DNA of 64,000 bases from an uncultured delta proteobacterium (GTDB lineage Bacteria > Myxococcota > Myxococcia > Myxococcales > Myxococcaceae). A program made the position numbers and the translations under genes. Positions 48,501-64,000 of this stretch are shown in pieces; the first letter of the stretch is position 1, and each line of letters opens with the position of its first letter. The DNA is taken from the NCBI GenBank assembly GCA_963771175.1, contig CAVYSY010000001.1:217562-281561 (forward strand). The letters are read 5' to 3'. A model generated the notes under the pieces. That model was not told the DNA's origin. It made no database searches and saw only the letters and a list, made by a program, of their open reading frames with translations.

Positions 48501-50088
48501 CGCCCGGCTCGGCCTTGACTCCCCCTCCAGCACCCGCTCGGGAGCGCAGGCCCGTGAGCGCGCCCAGCGCCTCCTCGCGCGTGCGGCACACCACCGCGCG
48601 CCGGTGCGCGAAGGCCCGGCGGCCCAGCTGCAGCGTGTAGGCCACGTCGGCCAGGGGCAGCTCCGGGTGCTCCTCCAGGTGCGGGCCAGCCTGTCCGTCG
48701 CGCGCGCGAGCGCCGTGGGCGTCCTCGCCGAGAGCACCAGCACCTGCGCCCCACGCCCGGCGGACGAGGGCTCGGACGGGCGCCTCCTCCAGCACCACGT
48801 GGGCGTTGGTGCCGCCGATGCCGAACGAGCTGACGCCGGCCCGGCGGGGCGCCGTCGCGCTCGGGCCAGTCGGCGCAGCCGGGCGTTCACGTAGACGGGC
48901 GCTGCGGGCGAAGTCGATCCGCGGGTTCGGCCGCTCGAAGTGCAGGCTGGGCGGGAGCTGCCGTGCTGGAGCACCAGCACCGTCTTGATCAGCCCGGCCA
49001 CGCCGGCCGCCGCGTCGAGGTGGCCGATGTTGGTCTTCACCGAGCCGATGGCGCAGAAGCCCGTGGCCTCGGTCGTCCGCGCGGAAGGCCTCGCGTCAGC
49101 GCGGCGATCTCGATCGGATCGCCCAGCGCCGTCCCGGTGCCGTGCGCCTCGACGTAGCCGATCGTCGCCGGGCTCGACGCCGGCCATCGTCGTGCGCCAC
49201 GGCGATCGACCTCGGCCTGCCCCTCGACGCTGGGCGCGGTGAAGCCCACCTTGAGCGAGCCGTCGTTGTTGATCGCCGATGCCGCGGATGACGGCGCGGA
49301 TGTGGTCGCCGTCGGCGAGCGCGTCCTCCAGCCGCTTGAGCACCACGACGCCCACGCCGCTGCCGACCACGGTGCCCTGCGCCTCGGCGTCGAAGGCGCG
49401 GCAGTGCCCGTCCGGCGAGAAGATGCCGCCCTCCTGGTACAGGTAGCCAGCCACCTCCTGCGGCAGCGCAGCGGACACGCCGCCGGCCAGCGCCATGTCG
49501 CACTCGTCGGCGAGCAGGCTCTGGCAGGCCATGTGGATGGCGACCAGCGAGGTCGAGCAGGCGGTCTGCACGGTCACGCTCGGCCCTCGCAGGTTGAGCT
49601 TGTAGGAGATGCGGGTGGCCAGGAAGTCGCTCAGGCCGCCGATGGCCAGTTGCAGCAGGTTCTCCGGCATCCCGTTGCCGCGCAGCGCCTCCAGCATGTA
49701 CGTGCTCATGCTGGCGCCCGCGAAGACGCCGATCCGCCCGCCGTAGCGCTGCGAGTCGTAGCCGGCGTCCTCCAGCGCCTCCCAGGCGCACTCCAGCAGC
49801 AGCCGGTGCTGCGGATCCGTCTGCTCGGCCTCGCGCGGGCTGTAGTCGAAGAAGGCCGCGTCGAAGAGGTCGGTGTCCTCCAGCCTGCCCCGGGCCTTCA
49901 CGTAGCGAGGATTCGCCAGCAGCTCGGGAGGCACCCCGGCCGCCCGCAGCTCCTCGTCCGAGAAGGTGGAGAGGGCCGGGATGCCGGCGCGCAGGTTCTC
50001 CCAGAACTCCGCGAGGTCGCGGGCCCTGGGGAAGCGGCCCGCCATCCCGATGACGGCGATGCCCTCGGTGGCGAAGGAGTCTTCTGCC

Positions 50089-50096
<8 letters not shown>
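42579..50096 (-). CDS. Hybrid PKS-NRPS: KS-AT-ACP-C-A(Arg-like)-T-E(degenerate); indels at 47.4-49.3 kb
   Basis: VQTACSTSL, EAHGTGT, GHSVG and HAFHS (malonyl AT), [30 protein letters not shown], terminal HFLVADGLSW. Confidence 0.92.
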
Positions 50097-62031
<11,935 letters not shown>

Positions 62032-62244
62032 CAGCTGTCTCCGGTGGAGTCGGGGCGGCGAGGGATGCGAAATCTTAGACAAGTCCAAGGAACGGCAGCA
62101 ATCCGGATGAAAGCCAGAAAGCCGGACTTCACGGAGGGCATTCCCTGTCGTTAGACTGGCTCGCGGACGAGCGGAGATCTCGGTGGGCGCGAATCTTCCT
62201 GCCCGGGTGCGAGTGCGCTCGTCAAACTCGTCAAAGGAGCCCTG

Positions 62245-62886
62245 ATGAAACAGGTAGTCGATGATTTCCACGCCCTCTACCTGGGCGAGCTGGCGATGCG
62301 AGAGGCCGGGGGCGGCGGCGAGACGTGGATGGGCGTGCAGATCCTCAAGTGCCCGCTCGACCTGTGGGTGTACCAGGAGATCCTCTTCGAGGTGCGGCCC
62401 GATCTCATCATCGAGACGGGGACCTACCTGGGGGGCTCGGCGCTGTACCTGGCGCACCTGTGCGAGCTGCTCGGCAAGGGGCGCATCCTCTCCATCGATC
62501 TGACGCACCGGGGCTCGCTCCCCACGCACCCGCGCATCGAGTACCTACAGGGCTCGTCGGTGGATCCGACCATTCTCGCCGCCGTGCGGCAGCGGATCCG
62601 CCCGGAGGAGAAGGTGCTCGTCATACTGGATTCGGATCACCACGCGCCCCACGTGCTGGAGGAGCTGAAGGCATACGCGCCGCTCGTCACCCGGGGCAGC
62701 TACCTGATCGTCGAGGACACCAACCTGAACGGCCACCCCATCATCCAGCCCGGCTTCGAGGGGGAAGGGCCCACCGAGGCGCTGGAGCAATTCCTGCCCA
62801 CGGCCCCCGAGTTCGAGCGAGATCTGGCTCGTGAGAAGCTCCTGTTCACCTTCAACCCTGGCGGCTTCCTCAAGAAGGTTGCCTGA
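62245..62886 (+). CDS. CmcI ('cephalosporin hydroxylase') family, probable SAM-dependent O-methyltransferase
   Basis: [26 protein letters not shown]...GGS, VILDSDH, YLIVEDT. Confidence 0.88.
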   Translation: MKQVVDDFHALYLGELAMREAGGGGETWMGVQILKCPLDLWVYQEILFEVRPDLIIETGTYLGGSALYLAHLCELLGKGRILSIDLTHRGSLPTHPRIEYLQGSSVDPTILAAVRQRIRPEEKVLVILDSDHHAPHVLEELKAYAPLVTRGSYLIVEDTNLNGHPIIQPGFEGEGPTEALEQFLPTAPEFERDLAREKLLFTFNPGGFLKKVA

Positions 62887-62907
62887 CCCGCAGGCGGAAA
62901 CGACGAC

Positions 62908-63738
62908 ATGAACGCGGACACCATCGCGGCGATTGACAAGACGTTGGGCGCCCTGAAGGAGCAGTACGGCAAGGACGCGCTCGAGCGGGTAGACGAGTGC
63001 GTTCGGATCAGCCTCGGGCGCAAGGAGCTCCCGCGACTTCCGGAGCACCAGAAGCCCACGCTGTTCTACTTCCCGGACCTGGGCACGAAGCCCTGGTACG
63101 AGCCCGAGGAGTACGAGGAGACGCTGGCGCTGACGCGGCGCCTGGAGGCGGCGGCTCCCCTCATGCGCGAGGAGTACCTCAACAAGGCGCGGGGCCAGGG
63201 CAAGTCGCTCGCCTACGAGGACCAGTTCCCGGGCCGCTTCAAGGACATCCGCGCCCAGGACTGGCACTCCTTCTATCTGCGGCGCAAGGGCGAGGCGAGC
63301 GTGGAGGAGAACTGCGCGGCCTGCCCGCGCACGGCCGGGGTGATGCGGGAGCTGGAGCAGCACCTCAGCCCTGGTGGCGCCTTCTTCTTCTCCGTCATCG
63401 GCCCGAAGTCGGGGGTGCCTCCGCACCACGACACCACCAACCTCAAGTTGACGGTGCAGCTCGCGCTCATCATCCCCCCCGGGTGCGGCATCCGCGTGGG
63501 CGGCATCACCAAGGAGTGGCACGAGGGCAAGTGCATCCTCTTCGATGACACCTTCAAGCACGACGTGTGGAACGACAGCTCCGAGCCGCGCGTGTGCCTC
63601 CTGGTGGATATCTGGCACCCCGGCCTCACCGTGGTGGAGCGCAAGTCCCTCGTCGCGCTCCACCAGGTGATCGAGGATCAGCTCGGCCTCGACTACAAGG
63701 CGCCCTGGGCGGTGGACCTCACCGGCCTGGAGGACTAG
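62908..63738 (+). CDS. Aspartyl/asparaginyl beta-hydroxylase family 2OG-Fe(II) dioxygenase
   Basis: NCAACPRT, PPHHD, W.EGK..LFDDTFKHDVWN, R..LLVDIWHP. Confidence 0.92.
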   Translation: MNADTIAAIDKTLGALKEQYGKDALERVDECVRISLGRKELPRLPEHQKPTLFYFPDLGTKPWYEPEEYEETLALTRRLEAAAPLMREEYLNKARGQGKSLAYEDQFPGRFKDIRAQDWHSFYLRRKGEASVEENCAACPRTAGVMRELEQHLSPGGAFFFSVIGPKSGVPPHHDTTNLKLTVQLALIIPPGCGIRVGGITKEWHEGKCILFDDTFKHDVWNDSSEPRVCLLVDIWHPGLTVVERKSLVALHQVIEDQLGLDYKAPWAVDLTGLED

Positions 63739-63783
63739 CGGCACCCGGCGCGGGGGCGGCTCGGAGCGGCGGGTTGCCCTGCA

Positions 63784-63808
63784 TGGAAGCGGCGGGAATC
63801 GAACCCGC
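63784..63808 (-). other. Isolated tmRNA/tRNA-like 3' fragment (att-like site)
   Basis: Minus strand GCGGGTTCGATTCCCGC-CGCTTCCA = T-arm + acceptor 3' strand + discriminator; no CCA and no upstream RNA body. Confidence 0.7.
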
Positions 63809-64000
63809 AGCAAGGCGAGAGCAAAACCCTCAGCAGGTCGCGCTTTTACCGGCTAACGCCTTGAGCTCACACCGGATCCGTTCCCCCGCTCCGTCCCGTC
63901 CCGTTCTTATCCCCGCTGGAGGGGCACACTGGGGGCACATGCGGCCCAACAGGGTCAATCTGCTCGGACGCGAGCGGCCTGAGTTCCCCGGTTGCCCGAT

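Noticed and set aside
62245..62886. Cephalosporin/cephamycin biosynthesis
   Set aside because: The family name is misleading; no ACV synthetase or IPNS genes are present.
63784..63870. Complete tRNA gene
   Set aside because: Only the T-arm and acceptor 3' strand are present; no D arm, anticodon arm or matching 5' strand.

Overview
GC-rich (visually about 70%) myxobacterial-type chromosomal window; gene content suggests Myxococcales/Archangiaceae (inference). Left half: a stress locus (sigma54 response regulator, OsmC-like, triple USP, CBS), TPP riboswitch-thiC, moaA, a REC-HD-GYP phosphodiesterase, thiO, a complete his operon (G-D-C-H-A-B-F-N-IE) preceded by an unannotated His-rich leader peptide and attenuator, an accessory block (MBL hydrolase, P450, RNB nuclease, secreted/outer-membrane proteins), a lipoate/2-oxoacid dehydrogenase cluster (lpdA, lipA, E2, ClpX-zinc-finger protein, lipB-NUDIX), ribA, moeA, and a histone-H1-like/OB/chagasin-like protein next to an RNase R with long low-complexity extensions. 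Right third (40.3-63.7 kb): a hybrid lipopeptide NRPS-PKS cluster I do not recognise, FAAL-ACP-C-A(Ser)-T-C-A(Asn)-T-C*-A(Ser/Ala-like, with A8-A9 insertion)-T / KS-AT-ACP-C-A(Arg-like)-T-degenerate E, with no thioesterase, plus a CmlA-type diiron beta-hydroxylase, an Asp/Asn beta-hydroxylase, a CmcI-family methyltransferase and a GNAT. A tmRNA-like 3' fragment (att-like) lies at the right edge. Many genes carry single-base indels, densest at about 24.8-33.3 kb and 47.4-59.7 kb; these look like assembly errors, so coordinates of frameshifted genes are approximate. All calls come from reading motifs by eye; no searches were run.
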